Source: Eledone cirrhosa
Lineage: Eukaryota
Direction of reading: 5' to 3'
Length of the DNA: 64,000 nt
Assembly: GCA_964016885.1 (NCBI GenBank)
Contig: OZ024743.1
Span: 332,568,001-332,632,000 of the forward strand
The translations under genes and the position numbers were made by a program. Within the stretch, counting starts at the first letter, position 1, and every line of letters begins with the position of its first letter. Positions 30,001 through 45,000 of this stretch are shown here, in pieces. The notes under the pieces were generated by a model. That model was not told where the DNA came from and ran no database searches. It saw nothing but the letters and a program-made list of their open reading frames with translations.

Positions 30001-33000
30001 GACCAGATATAGGGCAGGAAATATTCAGAGAAAGGGAGACCAGATATAGGGGAGGAAATATTGAGAGAAAGGGAGGGGCCAGATATAGGGCAGTACATAT
30101 TGAGAGAAAGGGAGGGACTAGATATAGGGCAGGAAATATTGAGAGAATGGGAGGGACCAGATATAGGGGAGGAAATGTTGAGAGAAAGGGAGGGACCAGA
30201 TCTAGGGCAGGAAATATTGAGAGAAAGGGAGGGACCAGATATAGGGCAAGAAATATTGAGAGAAAGGGGGAGACCAGATATAGGGGAGGAAATATTGAGA
30301 CAAAAAGAGGGACCAGATATAGGGCAGGAAATGTTGAGAGAAAGGGAGAGACCAGATATAGGGAAGGAAATATTGAGAGAAAGGGAGGGACCAGATATAG
30401 GGCAGGAAATATTGAGAGAAAGGGAGGGACCAGATATAGAGCAGGAAATACTGAGAGAAAGGGAGAGACCAGATATAGGGCAGGAAATACTGAGAGAAAG
30501 GGAGGGACCAGATATAGGGCAGGAAATATTGAGACAAAGGGAGGGACCAGATATAGGTCAGGAAATACTGAGAGAAAGGGAGGGACCATATATAAGGCAG
30601 GAAATATTGAGAGAAAGGGAGGGACCAGATATTAAGGAGGAAATATTGAGTGAATGGTAGGGACCAGATATAGGGCAGGAAATATTGAGAGAAAGGGAGG
30701 GACCAGATATAGGGGAGGAAATATTGAGAGAAAGGGAGAGACCAGATATAGGGGAGGAAATATTGAGAGAAAGGGAGGGACCAGATATAGGGGAGGAAAT
30801 ATTGAGACAAAAAGACGAACCAGATATAGGGCAGGAAATATTCAGAGAAAGGGAGACCAGATATAGGTGAGGAAATATTGAGAGAAAGGGAGGGACCAGA
30901 TATAGGTCAATAAATATTGAGAGAAAGGGAGGGACCAGATATAGGGCAGGAAATGTTGAGAGAAAGGGAGGGACCAGATATAGGGCAGGAAATGTTGAAA
31001 GAAAGGGAGAGACCAGATATAGGGGAGGAGATATTGAGACAAAAAGAGGGACCAGATATAGGGCAGGAAATGTTGAGAGAAAGGTATGGACCAGATATAA
31101 GGCATGAAATATTGAGAGAAAGGGAGGCACCAGATATAAGGCAGGAAATATTGAGAGAGAGGGAGAGACCAGATATAGGGGAGGAAATATTGAGAGAAAG
31201 GGAGAGACCAGATATAGGGGAAAAAATATTGAGAGAAAGGGAGGGACTAGATATAGGGCAGGAAATATTGAGAGAAGGTGAGAGACCAGATATAAGGCAT
31301 GAAATATTGAGAGAAAGGGAGGCACCAGATATAAGGCAGGAAATATTGAGAGAAAGGGAGAGACCAGATATAGGGGAGGAAATATTGAGCGAAGGTGAGA
31401 GACCAGATATAAGGCATGAAATATTGAGAGAAAGGGAGGCACCAGATATAAGGCAGGAAATATTGAGAGAAAGGGAGAGACCAGATATAGGGGAGGAAAT
31501 ATTGAGAGTAAGGGAGGGACCAGATATAAGGCAGGAAATACTGAAAGAAAGGAAGGGACCAGATATAAGGAAGGAAATACTGAGAGAAAGGAAGGGACCA
31601 GATATAAGGCAGGAAATAGATAGAAAGGAAGGGACGAGATATAAGGCATGAAATATTGAAAGAAAGGGAGGGACCATATATAAGGCAGGGAATATTGAGA
31701 GAAAGGGGGGGACCAGATATGAGGCAGAGAATGTTGAGAGAAAAGGAGGGACCAGATATAAGGCAGGAAATACTGAGAGAAAGGGAGGGACCAGAGATAG
31801 GTCAGGAAATACTGAGAGAAAGGGAGGGACCAGATATAAGGCAGGAAATATTGAGAGAAAGGGAGGGACCAGATATTAAGGAGGAAATATGGAGAGAAAG
31901 GGAGGGAGCAGATATAGGGGAGGAAATATTAAGAGAAAGGGAGGGACAAGATATAGAGCAGGAAATATTGAGAGAAAGGGAGAGACCAGATATAAGGCAG
32001 GAAATACTGAGAGAAAGGGAGGGACCAGATATAAGGCAGGAAATACTGAAAGAAAGGAAGGGACCAAATATAAGGCAGGAAATACTGAGAGAAAGGAAGG
32101 GACCAGATATAAGGCGGGAAATAGATAGAAAGGAAGGGACGAGATATAAGGCATGAAATATTGAGAGAAAGGGAGGGACCAGATATTAAGGAGGAAATAT
32201 TGAGAGAAAGGTAGGGACCAGATATAGGGCAGGAAATATTGAGAGAAAGGGGGGGACCAGATATAGGGGAGGAAATATTGAGAGAAAGGGAGAGACCAGA
32301 TATAGGGGAGGGAATATTGAGAGAAAGGGAGGGACCAGATATAGGAGAGGAAATATTGTGACAAAAAGAGGGACCAGATATAGGGCAGGAAATATTGAGA
32401 GAAAGGGAGAGAAGAGATATAGCGTAGGAAATGTTGAGAGAAAGGGAGGGGCCAAATATAGGGCAGGAAATATAGGGAGAAAGGGAGAAACTAGATATAG
32501 GGGAGGAAATATTGAGACAAAAAGAGGGACCAGATATAGGGGAGGAAATATTGAGACAAAAAGAGGGACCAGATATAGGGCAGGAAATATTGAGAGAAAG
32601 GGAGAGACCAGATATAGGGGAGGAAATATTGAGAGAAAGGGAGGCACCAGATATAAGGCAGGAAATATTGAGAGAAAGGGAGAGACCAGATATAGGGGAG
32701 GAAATATTGAGAGAAAGGGAGACACCAGATATAGGGGAGGAAATATTGAGAGAAAGGGAGGGACCAGATATAGGGGAGGAAATATTGAGAGAAAAGGAGA
32801 GACCACATATAGGGGAGGAAATATTTAGACAAAAAGAGGGACCAGATATAGGGCAGGAAATATTCAGAGAAAGGGAGACCAGATATAGGGGAGGAAATAT
32901 TGAGAGAAAGGGAGGGGCCAGATATAGGGCAGTACATATTGAGAGAAAGGGAGGGACTAGATATAGGGCAGGAAATATTGAGAGAATGGGAGGGACCAGA

Positions 33001-36000
33001 TATAGGGGAGGAAATGTTGAGAGAAAGGGAGGGACCAGATCTAGGGCAGGAAATATTGAGAGAAAGGGAGGGACCAGATATAGGGCAAGAAATATTGAGA
33101 GAAAGGGGGAGACCAGATATAGGGGAGGAAATATTGAGACAAAAAGAGGGACCAGATATAGGGCAGGAAATGTTGAGAGAAAGGGAGAGACCAGATATAG
33201 GGAAGGAAATATTGAGAGAAAGGGAGGGACCAGATATAGGGCAGGAAATATTGAGAGAAAGGGAGGGACCAGATATAGAGCAGGAAATACTGAGAGAAAG
33301 GGAGAGACCAGATATAGGGCAGGAAATACTGAGAGAAAGGGAGGGACCAGATATAGGGCAGGAAATATTGAGACAAAGGGAGGGACCAGATATAAGGCAG
33401 GAAATATTGAGAGAAAGGGAGAGACCAGATATTAGGAAGAAAATATTGAGAGAAAGGGAGTGACCAGATATAAGGCAGGGAATATTGAGAGAAAGGGAGG
33501 GACCAGATATAAGGGAGGAAATACTGAGAGAAAGGAAGGGACCAGATATAAGGCAGGAAATAGATAGAAAGGAAGGGACGAGATATAAGGCATGAAATAT
33601 TGAGAGAAAGGGAGGGACCATATATAAGGCAGGGAATATTGAGAGAAAGGGGGGGACCAGATATATGGCAGAGAATGTTGAGAGAAAGGGAGGGACCAGA
33701 TATAAGGCAGGAAATACTGAGAGAAAGGGAGGGACCAGATATAGGTCAGGAAATACTGAGAGAAAGGGAGGGACCATATATAAGGCAGGAAATATTGAGA
33801 GAAAGGGAGGGACCAGATATTAAGGAGGAAATATTGAGTGAATGGTAGGGACCAGATATAGGGCAGGAAATATTGAGAGAAAGGGAGGGACCAGATATAG
33901 GGGAGGAAATATTGAGAGAAAGGGAGAGACCAGATATAGGGGAGGAAATATTGAGAGAAAGGGAGGGACCAGATATAGGGGAGGAAATATTGAGACAAAA
34001 AGACGAACCAGATATAGGGCAGGAAATATTCAGAGAAAGGGAGACCAGATATAGGTGAGGAAATATTGAGAGAAAGGGAGGGACCAGATATAGGTCAATA
34101 AATATTGAGAGAAAGGGAGGGACCAGATATAGGGCAGGAAATGTTGAGAGAAAGGGAGGGACCAGATATAGGGCAGGAAATGTTGAAAGAAAGGGAGAGA
34201 CCAGATATAGGGGAGGAGATATTGAGACAAAAAGAGGGACCAGATATAGGGCAGGAAATATTGAGAGAAAGGGAGAGAAGAGATATAGGGTAGGAAATGT
34301 TGAGAGAAAGGGAGGGACCAGATATAGGGCAGGAAATATTGAGAGAAAGGGAGGGACCAGATATAGGGCAGGAAATATTGAGAGAAAGGGAGAGACTAGA
34401 TATAGGGGAGGAAATATTGAGACAAAAAGAGGGACCAGATATAGGGCAGGAAATGTTGAGAGAAAGGTATGGACCAGATATAAGGCATGAAATATTGAGA
34501 GAAAGGGAGGCACCAGATATAAGGCAGGAAATATTGAGAGAGAGGGAGAGACCAGATATAGGGGAGGAAATATTGAGAGAAAGGGAGAGACCAGATATAG
34601 GGGAAAAAATATTGAGAGAAAGGGAGGGACTAGATATAGGGCAGGAAATATTGAGAGAAGGTGAGAGACCAGATATAAGGCATGAAATATTGAGAGAAAG
34701 GGAGGCACCAGATATAAGGCAGGAAATATTGAGAGAAAGGGAGAGACCAGATATAGGGGAGGAAATATTGAGCGAAGGTGAGAGACCAGATATAAGGCAT
34801 GAAATATTGAGAGAAAGGGAGGCACCAGATATAAGGCAGGAAATATTGAGAGAAAGGGAGAGACCAGATATAGGGGAGGAAATATTGAGAGTAAGGGAGG
34901 GACCAGATATAAGGCAGGAAATACTGAAAGAAAGGAAGGGACCAGATATAAGGAAGGAAATACTGAGAGAAAGGAAGGGACCAGATATAAGGCAGGAAAT
35001 AGATAGAAAGGAAGGGACGAGATATAAGGCATGAAATATTGAAAGAAAGGGAGGGACCATATATAAGGCAGGGAATATTGAGAGAAAGGGGGGGACCAGA
35101 TATGAGGCAGAGAATGTTGAGAGAAAAGGAGGGACCAGATATAAGGCAGGAAATACTGAGAGAAAGGGAGGGACCAGAGATAGGTCAGGAAATACTGAGA
35201 GAAAGGGAGGGACCAGATATAAGGCAGGAAATATTGAGAGAAAGGGAGGGACCAGATATTAAGGAGGAAATATGGAGAGAAAGGGAGGGAGCAGATATAG
35301 GGGAGGAAATATTAAGAGAAAGGGAGGGACAAGATATAGAGCAGGAAATATTGAGAGAAAGGGAGAGACCAGATATAAGGCAGGAAATACTGAGAGAAAG
35401 GGAGGGACCAGATATAAGGCAGGAAATACTGAAAGAAAGGAAGGGACCAAATATAAGGCAGGAAATACTGAGAGAAAGGAAGGGACCAGATATAAGGCGG
35501 GAAATAGATAGAAAGGAAGGGACGAGATATAAGGCATGAAATATTGAGAGAAAGGGAGGGACCAGATATTAAGGAGGAAATATTGAGAGAAAGGTAGGGA
35601 CCAGATATAGGGCAGGAAATATTGAGAGAAAGGGGGGGACCAGATATAGGGGAGGAAATATTGAGAGAAAAGGAGAGACCAGATATAGGGGAGGGAATAT
35701 TGAGAGAAAGGGAGGGACCAGATATAGGAGAGGAAATATTGAGAGAAAGGGAGAGACCACATATAGGGGAGGAAATATTGAGACAAAAAGACGAACCAGA
35801 TATAGGGCAGGAAATATTCAGAGAAAGGGAGACCAGATATAGGGGAGGAAATATTGAGAGAAAGGGAGGAACCAGATATAGGGCAGTAAATATTGAGAGA
35901 AAGGGAGGGACTAGATATAGGGCAGGAAATATTGAGAGAAAGGGAGGGACCAGATATAGGGCAGGAAATGTTGAAAGAAAGGGAGAGACCAGATATAAGG

Positions 36001-39000
36001 CATGAAATATTGAGAGAAAGGGAGGCACCAGATATAGGGGAGGAAATATTGAGAGTAAGGGAGGGACCAGATATAAGGCAGGAAATACTGAGACAAAAAG
36101 AGGGACAAGATATAGGGCAGGAAATGTTGAGAGAAAGGTAGGGACCAGATATAAGGCATGAAATATTCAGAGAAAGGGAGGCACCAGATATAAGGCAGGA
36201 AATATTGAGAGAACGGGAGAGACCAGATATAGGGGAGGAAATATTGAGCGAAGGGAGAGACCAGATATAGGGAAGGAAATTTTGAGAGAAAGGCAGGGAC
36301 TAGATATAGGGCAGGAAATATTGAGAGAAGGTGAGAGACCAGATATAAGGCATGAAATATTGAGAGAAAGGGAGGCACCAGATATAAGGCAGGAAATATT
36401 GAGAGAAAGGGAGAGACCAGATATAGGGGAGGAAATATTGAGAGTAAGGGAGGGACCAGATATAAGGCAGGAAATACTGAAAGAAAGGAAGGGACCAGAT
36501 ATAAGGCAGGAAATACTGAGAGAAAGGAAGGGACCAGATATAAGGCAGGAAATAGATAGAAAGGAAGGGACGAGATATAAGGCATGAAATATTGAAAGAA
36601 AGGGAGGGACCATATATAAGGCAGGGAATATTGAGAGAAAGGGGGGGACCAGATATAAGGCAGAGAATGTTGAGAGAAAGGTAGGAACCAGATATAAGGC
36701 AGGAAATACTGAGAGAAAGGGAGGGACCAGATATAGGTCAGGAAATACTGAGAGAAAGGGAGGGACCAGATATAAGGCAGGAAATGTTGAGAGAAAGGGA
36801 GGGACTAGATATAGGGGAGGAAATATTGAGACAAAAAGAGGGACCAGATATAGGGCAGGAAATGTTGAGAGAAAGGGAGAGATCAGATATAGGGGAGGAA
36901 ATATTGAGAGAAAGGGAGGGACCAGATATAGGGGAGGAAATATTGAGACAAAAAGAGGGACCAGATATAGGGTAGGAAATGTTGAGAGAAAGTGAGGGAC
37001 CAGATATAGGGCAGGAAATATTGAGATAAAGGGAGGGACCAGATATAGGGCAGGAAATATTGAGAGAAAGGGAGGGACTAGATATAGGGGAGGAAATATT
37101 GAGACAAAAAGAGGGACCAGATATAGGGCAGGAAATGTTGAGAGAAAGGGAGAGATCAGATATAGGGGAGGAAATATTGAGAGAAAGGGAGGGACCAGAT
37201 ATAGGGGAGGAAATATTGAGACAAAAAGAGGGACCAGATATAGGACAGGAAATATTGAGAGAAAGGGAGAGACCAGATATAGGGGAGGAAATATTGAGAG
37301 AAAGGTAGGGACCGGATATAGGGCAGGAAATATTGAGAGAAAGGGAGGGACCAGATATAAGGCATGAAATATTGAGAGAAAAGGAGGCACCAGATATAGG
37401 GCAGGAAATATTGAGAGAAAGGGAGAGACCAGATATAGGGGAGGAAATATTGAGAGAAAGGGAGAGACTAGATATAGGGGAGGAAATATTGAGAGAAAGG
37501 GAGGGACTAGATATAGGGCAGGAAATATTGAGAGAAGGTGAGAGACCAGATATAGGGGAGGAAATATTGAGACAAAAAGAGGGACCAGATATAGGGCAGG
37601 AAATATTGACAGAAAGTGAGAGAACAGATATAGGGTAGGAAATATTGAGAGAAAGGGAGGGACCAGATATGGGGCACGAAATATTGAGAGAAAGGGAGAG
37701 ACCAGATATAGGGGAGGAAATATTGAGACAAAAAGAGGGACCAGATATAGGGCAGGAAATATTGAGAGAAAGGGAGAGACCAGATATAGGGGAGGAAATA
37801 TTGAGAGAAAGGGAGGGACCAGATATAGGGCAGGAAATATTGAAAGAAAGGGAGGGACCAGATATAGAGCAGGAATTACTGAGAGAAAGTGAGAGACCAG
37901 ATATAGGGCTGGAAATACTGAGAGAAAGGGAGGGACCAGATATAGGGCAGGAAATATTGAGACAAAGGGAGGTACCAGATATAAGGCAGGGAATACTGGG
38001 AGATAGGGACGGATCAGATATAGGGCAGGAAATATTGAGAGAAAGAGAGGGACCAGATAATCCGGAGGAAATACTGAGAGAAAGGGAGAGACCAGATATA
38101 AGGCCGGAAATACTGGGAGATAGGGAGGGACTAGATATAGGGCAGGAAATATTGAGAGAAGGTGAGAGACCAGATATAGGGGAGGAAATATTGAGAGAAA
38201 GGGAGAGACCACATATAGGGGAGGAAATATTGAGACAAAAAGAGGGACCAGATATAGGGCAGGAAATATTGACAGAAAGTTAGAGAACAGATATAGGGTA
38301 GGAAATATTGAGAGAAAGGGAGGGACCAGATATGGGGCACGAAATATTGAGAGAAAGGGAGAGACCAGATATAGGGGAGGAAATATTGAGACAAAAAGAG
38401 GGACCAGATATAGGGCAGGAAATATTGAGAGAAAGGGAGAGACCAGATATAGGGGAGGAAATATTAAGAGAAAGGGAGGGACCAGATATAGGGCAGGAAA
38501 TATTGAGAGAAAGGGAGAGACCAGATATAGGGGAGGAAATATTGAGCGAAGGTGAGAGACCAGATATAAGGCATGAAATATTGAGAGAAAGGGAGGCACC
38601 AGATATAAGGCAGGAAATATTGAGAGAAAGGGAGAGACCAGATATAGGGGAGGTAATATTGAGAGTAAGGGAGGGGCCAGATATAAGGCAGGAAATACTG
38701 AAAGAAAGGAAGGGACCAGATATAAGGAAGGAAATACTGAGAGAAAGGAAGGGACCAGATATAAGGCAGGAAATAGATAGAAAGGAAGGGACGAGATATA
38801 AGGCATGAAATATTGAAAGAAAGGGAGGGACCATATATAAGGCAGGGAATATTGAGAGAAAGGGGGGGACCAGATATAAGGCAGAGAATGTTGAGAGAAA
38901 GGGAGGGACCAGATATAAGGCAGGAAATACTGAGAGAAAGGGAGGGACCAGATATAGATCAGGAAATACTGAGAGAAAGGGAGGGACCAGATATAAGGCA

Positions 39001-42000
39001 GGAAATATTGAGAGAAAGGGAGGGACCAGATATTAAGGAGGAAATATGGAGAGAAAGGGAGGGAGCAGATATAGGGGAGGAAATATTATGAGAAAGGGAG
39101 GGACAAGATATAGAGCAGGAAATATTGAGAAAAAGGGAGAGACCAGATATAAGGCAGGAAATATTGAGAGAAAGGGAGGGACCAGATATTAAGGAGGAAA
39201 TATTGAGAGAAAGGTAGGGACCAGATATAGGGCAGGAAATATTGAGAGAAAGGGGGGGGACCAGATATAGGGGAGGAAATATTGAGAGAAAGGGAGAGAC
39301 CAGATATAGGGGAGGAAATATTGAGAGAAAGGGAGGGACCAGATATAGGGGAGGAAATATTGAGAGAAAGGGAGAGACCACATATAGGGGAGGAAATATT
39401 GAGACAAAAAGACGGACCAGATATAGGGTAGGAAATATTCAGAGAAAGGGAGACCAGATATAGGGGAGGAAATATTGAGAGAAAGGGAGGGACCAGATAT
39501 AGGGCAGTAAATATTGAGAGAAAGGGAGGGACTAGATATAGGGCAGGAAATATTGAGAGAAAGGGAGGTACCAGATATAGGGCAGGAAATGTTGAAAGAA
39601 AGGGAGAGACCAGATATAGGGGAGGAGATATTGAGACAAAAAGAGGGACCAGATATAGGGCAGGAAATATTGAGAGAAAGGGAGAGAAGAGATATAGGGT
39701 AGGAAATGTTGAGAGAAAGGGCGGGACCAGATATAGGGCAGGAAATATTGAGAGAAAGGGAGGGACCAGATATAGGGGAGGAAATATTGAGAGAAAGGGA
39801 GAGACCAGATATAGGGAAGGAAATATTGAGAGAAAGGGAGGGACTAGATATAGGGCAGGAAATATTGAGAGAAGGTGAGAGACCAGATATAAGGCATGAA
39901 ATATTGAGAGAAAGGGAGGCACCAGATATAAGGCAGGGAATATTGAGAGAAAGGGAGAGACCAGATATAGGGGAGGAAATATTGAGAGAAAGGGAGAGAC
40001 CAGATATAGGGAAGGAAATATTGAAAAAAAGGGAGGGACTAGATATAGGGCAGGAAATATTGAGAGAAGGTGAGAGACCAGACATAAGGCATGAAATATT
40101 GAGAGAAAGGGAGGCACCAGATATAAGGCAGGAAATATTGAGAGAAAGGGAGAGACCAGATATAGGGGAGGAAATATTGAGAGTAAGGGAGGGACCAGAT
40201 ATAAGGCAGGAAATACTGAAAGAAAGGAAGGGACCAGATATAAGGCAGGAAATACTGAGAGAAAGGAGGGGACCAGATATAAGGCAGGAAAAAGATAGAA
40301 AGGAAGGGACGAGATATAAGGCATGAAATATTGAAAGAAAGGGAGGGACCATATATAAGGCAGGGAATATTGAGAGAAAGGGGGGGACCAGATATAAGGC
40401 AGAGAATGTTGAGAGAAAGGGAGGGACCAGATATTAAGGAGGAAATATGGAGAGAAAGGGAGGGAGCAGATATAGGGGAGGAAATACTGAGAGAAAGGGA
40501 TGGACCAGATATAAGGCAGGAAATATTGAGAGAAAGGGAGGGACCAGATATTAAGGAGGAAATATGGAGAGAAAGGGAGGGAGCAGATATAGGGGAGGAA
40601 ATATTAAAAGAAAGGGAGGGAACAGATATAGGGCAGAAAATACTGAGATAATGGGAGGGACTAGACATATCGCAGGAAATATTGATAGAAATGGAGAGAC
40701 CAGATATAAGGGAGGAAATATTGAGACAAAGGGAGGTACCAGATATAGTGGATGAAATATTGAGAGAATGTGAGAGACCAGATATAGGGGAGGAAATATT
40801 GAGAGAAATGGAGGGACCAGATATGGGGCACGAAATATTGAGAGAAAGGGAGAGACCAGATATAGGGGAGGAAATATTGAGACAAAAAGAGGGACCAGAT
40901 ATAGGGCAGGAAATATTGAGAGAAAGGGAGAGACCAGATATAGGGGAGGAAATATTGAGAGAAAGGGAGGGACCAGATATAGGGCAGGAAATATTGAGAG
41001 AATGGGAGGGACCAGATATAGAGCAGGAATTACTGAGAGAAAGTGAGAGACCAGATATAAGGCAGGAAATACTGAGAGAAAGGGAGGGACCAGATATAGG
41101 GCAGGAAATATTGAGACAAAGGGAGGGACCAGATATAAGGCAGGAAATATTGAGAGAAAGGGAGAGACCAGATATTAGGGAGGAAATATTGAGAGAAAGG
41201 GAAGGACCAGATATAGGGCAGGAAACATTTAGAGAAAAGGAGACACCAGATATAGCGCAGGAAATATTGAGAGAAAGTGAGGGACCAGATATAAGGCAGG
41301 GGATATTGAGAGTAAGGGAGGGACCAGATATAAGGCAGGGAATATTGAGAGAAAGCGAGGGACCAGATATAAGGCAGGAAATACTGAGAGAAAGGGAGGG
41401 ACCAGATATAAGGCAGGAAATATTGAGAGAAAAGGAGGGACCAGATATAAGGGAGGAAATATGGAGAGAGAACGAGGGACCAGATATAGGGGAGGAAATA
41501 TTGAGAGAAAGGGAGGGACCAGATATAGGGCAGCAAATACTGAGAGAAAGGGAGGGACCAGATATAACGCAGGAAATATTGAGAGAAAGGGAGAGACCAG
41601 ATATAGGGGAGGAAATATTGAGACAACGGCAGGGACCAGATATAGGGCAGGAAATATTGAGAGAACGGGAGAGACCAGATATAAGGCAGGAAATACTGGG
41701 AGATAGGGAGGGACCAGATATAGGGCAGGAAATATTGAGAGAAAGGGAGCGACAAGATATAGGGCAGGAAATATTGAGAGAAAGGGAGAGACCAGATATA
41801 AGGCAGGAAATACTGAGAGAAAGGGAGGGTCCAGATATAAGGCAGGAAACATTGAGAGAAAGGGAGGGACCAGATATAGGTCAGGAAATACTGAGAGAAA
41901 GAGAGAGACCAGATATAAGGGAGGAAATATGGAGAGAAAGGGAGGGACCAGATATAGGGGAGGAAATATTGAGAGAAAGGGAGGGACCAGATATAGGGGA

Positions 42001-45000
42001 GGAAATATTGAGCGAAAGGGAGGGACCAGATATAACGCAGGAAATACTGAGAGATAGGAAGGGACCAGATATAGAGCATGAAACACTGAGGGGAAGTGAG
42101 GGACCAGATATAAGGCAGGAAATACTGAGAGAAAGGGAGCGAGCACATATAGGGCAGGAAATACTGAGAGAAAGGGAGAGACCAGATATAAGGCAGGAAA
42201 TACTGAGAGAAAGGGAGAGACCAGATATAAGGCAGGAAATATTGAGAGAAAGGGACGACCAGATATAGGGCAGGAAATACTGAGACAAAGAGAGGGACCA
42301 GATATAATGGTGGAATTATGGAGAGAAAGGGAGGGACCAGATATAGGGGAGGAAATAGTGAGAAAGGGAGGGACCAGATATAAGGCAGTAAATATTGAGA
42401 GAAAGGGAGAGACCAGATATAGGGTAGGAAATATTGGGAGAAAGGCAGGGACCAGATATAGGGCAGGAAATACTTAGAGAAAGGGAGGGACCAGACATAA
42501 CGCAGGAAATATTGAGAGAAAGGGAGAGACCAGATACAGGGTAGGAAATATTGGGAGAAAGGCAGGGACCAGATATAGGGTAGGAAATATTGAGAGAAAG
42601 GGAGAGACAAGATACAAGGCAGGAATTACTGGGAGATAGGGACGGACCAGATATAGGGCAGGAAATATTGAGAGAAAGGGAGGGACATGATATAGGGCAG
42701 GAAATATTGAGAGAAAGGAAGGGACCAGATATAAGGCAGGAAATAGATAGAAAGGAAGGGACCAGATATAAGGCATGAAATATTGAGAGAAAGGGAGGGA
42801 CCAGATATAGGGCAGGAAACACTGAGAGAAAGGGAGGGACCAGATATAGGGGAGGAAATACTGAGCGAAAGGGAGGGACAAGATATAAGGCAGGAAATAT
42901 TGAAAGAAAGGGAGGGACTAGATATAGGGCAGGAAATACTGAGAGAAAGGGGGGGACCAGATATAAGGCAGGAAATACTGAAAGAGACGGAGGGACCAGA
43001 TATAAGGCAGGAAATACTGATAGAAAGGAAGGGCCAGACATAAGGCAGGAGATACTGAGAGATAGGAAGGGACCAGATATAGAGCATGAAACACTGAGGG
43101 GAAGTGAGGGACCAGACATAAGGCAGGAAATACTGAGAGAAAGGGAGCAAGCACATATAGGGCAGGAAATACTGAGAGAAAGGGAGAGACCAGATATAAG
43201 GCAGGAAATACTGAGAGAAAGGGAGATACCAGATATAAGGCAGGAAATATTGAGAGAAAGGGAGGGACCAGATATAAGGCAGGAAATATTGAGAGAAAAG
43301 GAGGGACCAGATATAGGGCAGGAAATACTGAGACAAAGAGAGGGACCAGATATAATGGTGGAATTATGGAGAGAAAGGGAGGGACCAGATATAGGGGAGG
43401 AAATAGTGAGAAAGGGAGGGACCAGATATAAGGCAGTAAATATTGAGAGAAAGGGAGAGACCAGATATAGGGTAGGAAATATTGGGAGAAAGGCAGGGAC
43501 CAGATATAGGGCAGGAAATACTTAGAGAAAGGGAGGGACCAGACATAATGCAGGAAATATTGAGAGGAAGGGAGAGACCAGATACAGGGTAGGAAATATT
43601 GGGAGAAAGGCAGGGACCAGATATAGGGTAGGAAATATTGAGAGAAAGGGGGAGACAAGATACAAGGCAGGAAATACTGGGAGATAGGGACGGAGCAGAT
43701 ATAGGGCAGGAAATATTGAGAGAAAGGGAGGGACATGATATAGGGCAGGAAATATTGAGAGGAAGGGAAAGACCAGATATAAGGCAGGAAATACTGGGAG
43801 ATAGGGATGGACCAGATATAAGGCAGGAAATATTGAGAGAAAGGGAGGGATAAGTTATAGGGCAGGAAATATTGAGAGAAAGGAAGGGACCAGATATAAG
43901 GCAGGAAATAGATAGAAAGGAAGGGACCAGATATAAGGCATGAAATATTGAAAGAAAGGGAGGGACCAGATATAGGGCAGGAAATACTGAGAGAAAGGGA
44001 GGGACCAGATATAAGGCAGTAAATATTGAGAGAAAGGGAGGGACCTGATATAGGGGAGGAAATACTGACAGAAAGGGAGGGATCAGATATAAGGCAGTAA
44101 ATATTGGGAGAAAGGCAGGGACCAGATATAGGGTAGGAAATATTGAGAGAAAGGGAGAGACAAGATATAAGGCAGGAAATACTGGGAGATAGGGACAGAC
44201 CAGATATAGGGCAGGAAATATTGAGAGAAAGGGAGGGACCAGATATAAGGCAGGGAATACTGGGAGATAGGGACGGACCAGATATAGGGCAGGAAATATT
44301 GAGAGAAAGGGAGGGACCAGATGTAAGGCAGGGAATACTGGGAGATAGGGACGGACCAGATATAGGGCAGGAAATATTGAGAGAAAGGGAGGGACCAGAT
44401 ATAAGGCAGGGAATACTGGGAGATAGGGAGGGACCAGATGTAGCGGAGGAGTTACTGACAGCAAGGGAGGGTCAGATATAGGGCAGGAAATACTGAGAGA
44501 AAGGGAGGGACCAGATATAACGCAGAGAATATTGAGAGAAAGGGAGGGACCAGACATAGGGGAGGAAATACTGAGAGAAAGGGAGGGACCAAATGTAGGG
44601 GAGGAAATACTGAGAGAAAGGGAGGGACCAGATATAAGGCAGGAAATACTGAGAGAAGAGGAGGGACCAGATATAAGGCAGGAAATACTGAAAGAAAAGG
44701 AGGTACCAGATATAAGGCAGTGAATACTGAGAGATAGAGAGGGACCAGATATAGGGCAGGAAATACTGAAAGGGAGGGACCAGATATAGGGGAGGAAATA
44801 CTGAGGGAAAGGGAGGAACCAGATATAGGGGAAGAAATACTGAGAGAAAGGGAGGGACCAAACATAAGGCAGGAAATTTTCTGAGAAAGGGAGTGACCAG
44901 ATATAGGGCAGGAAACACTGAGAGAAAGGGAGGGATCAGATATAGGGGAGGAAATACTGAGCGAAAGGGAGGGACAAGATATAAGGCAGGAAATACTGAA

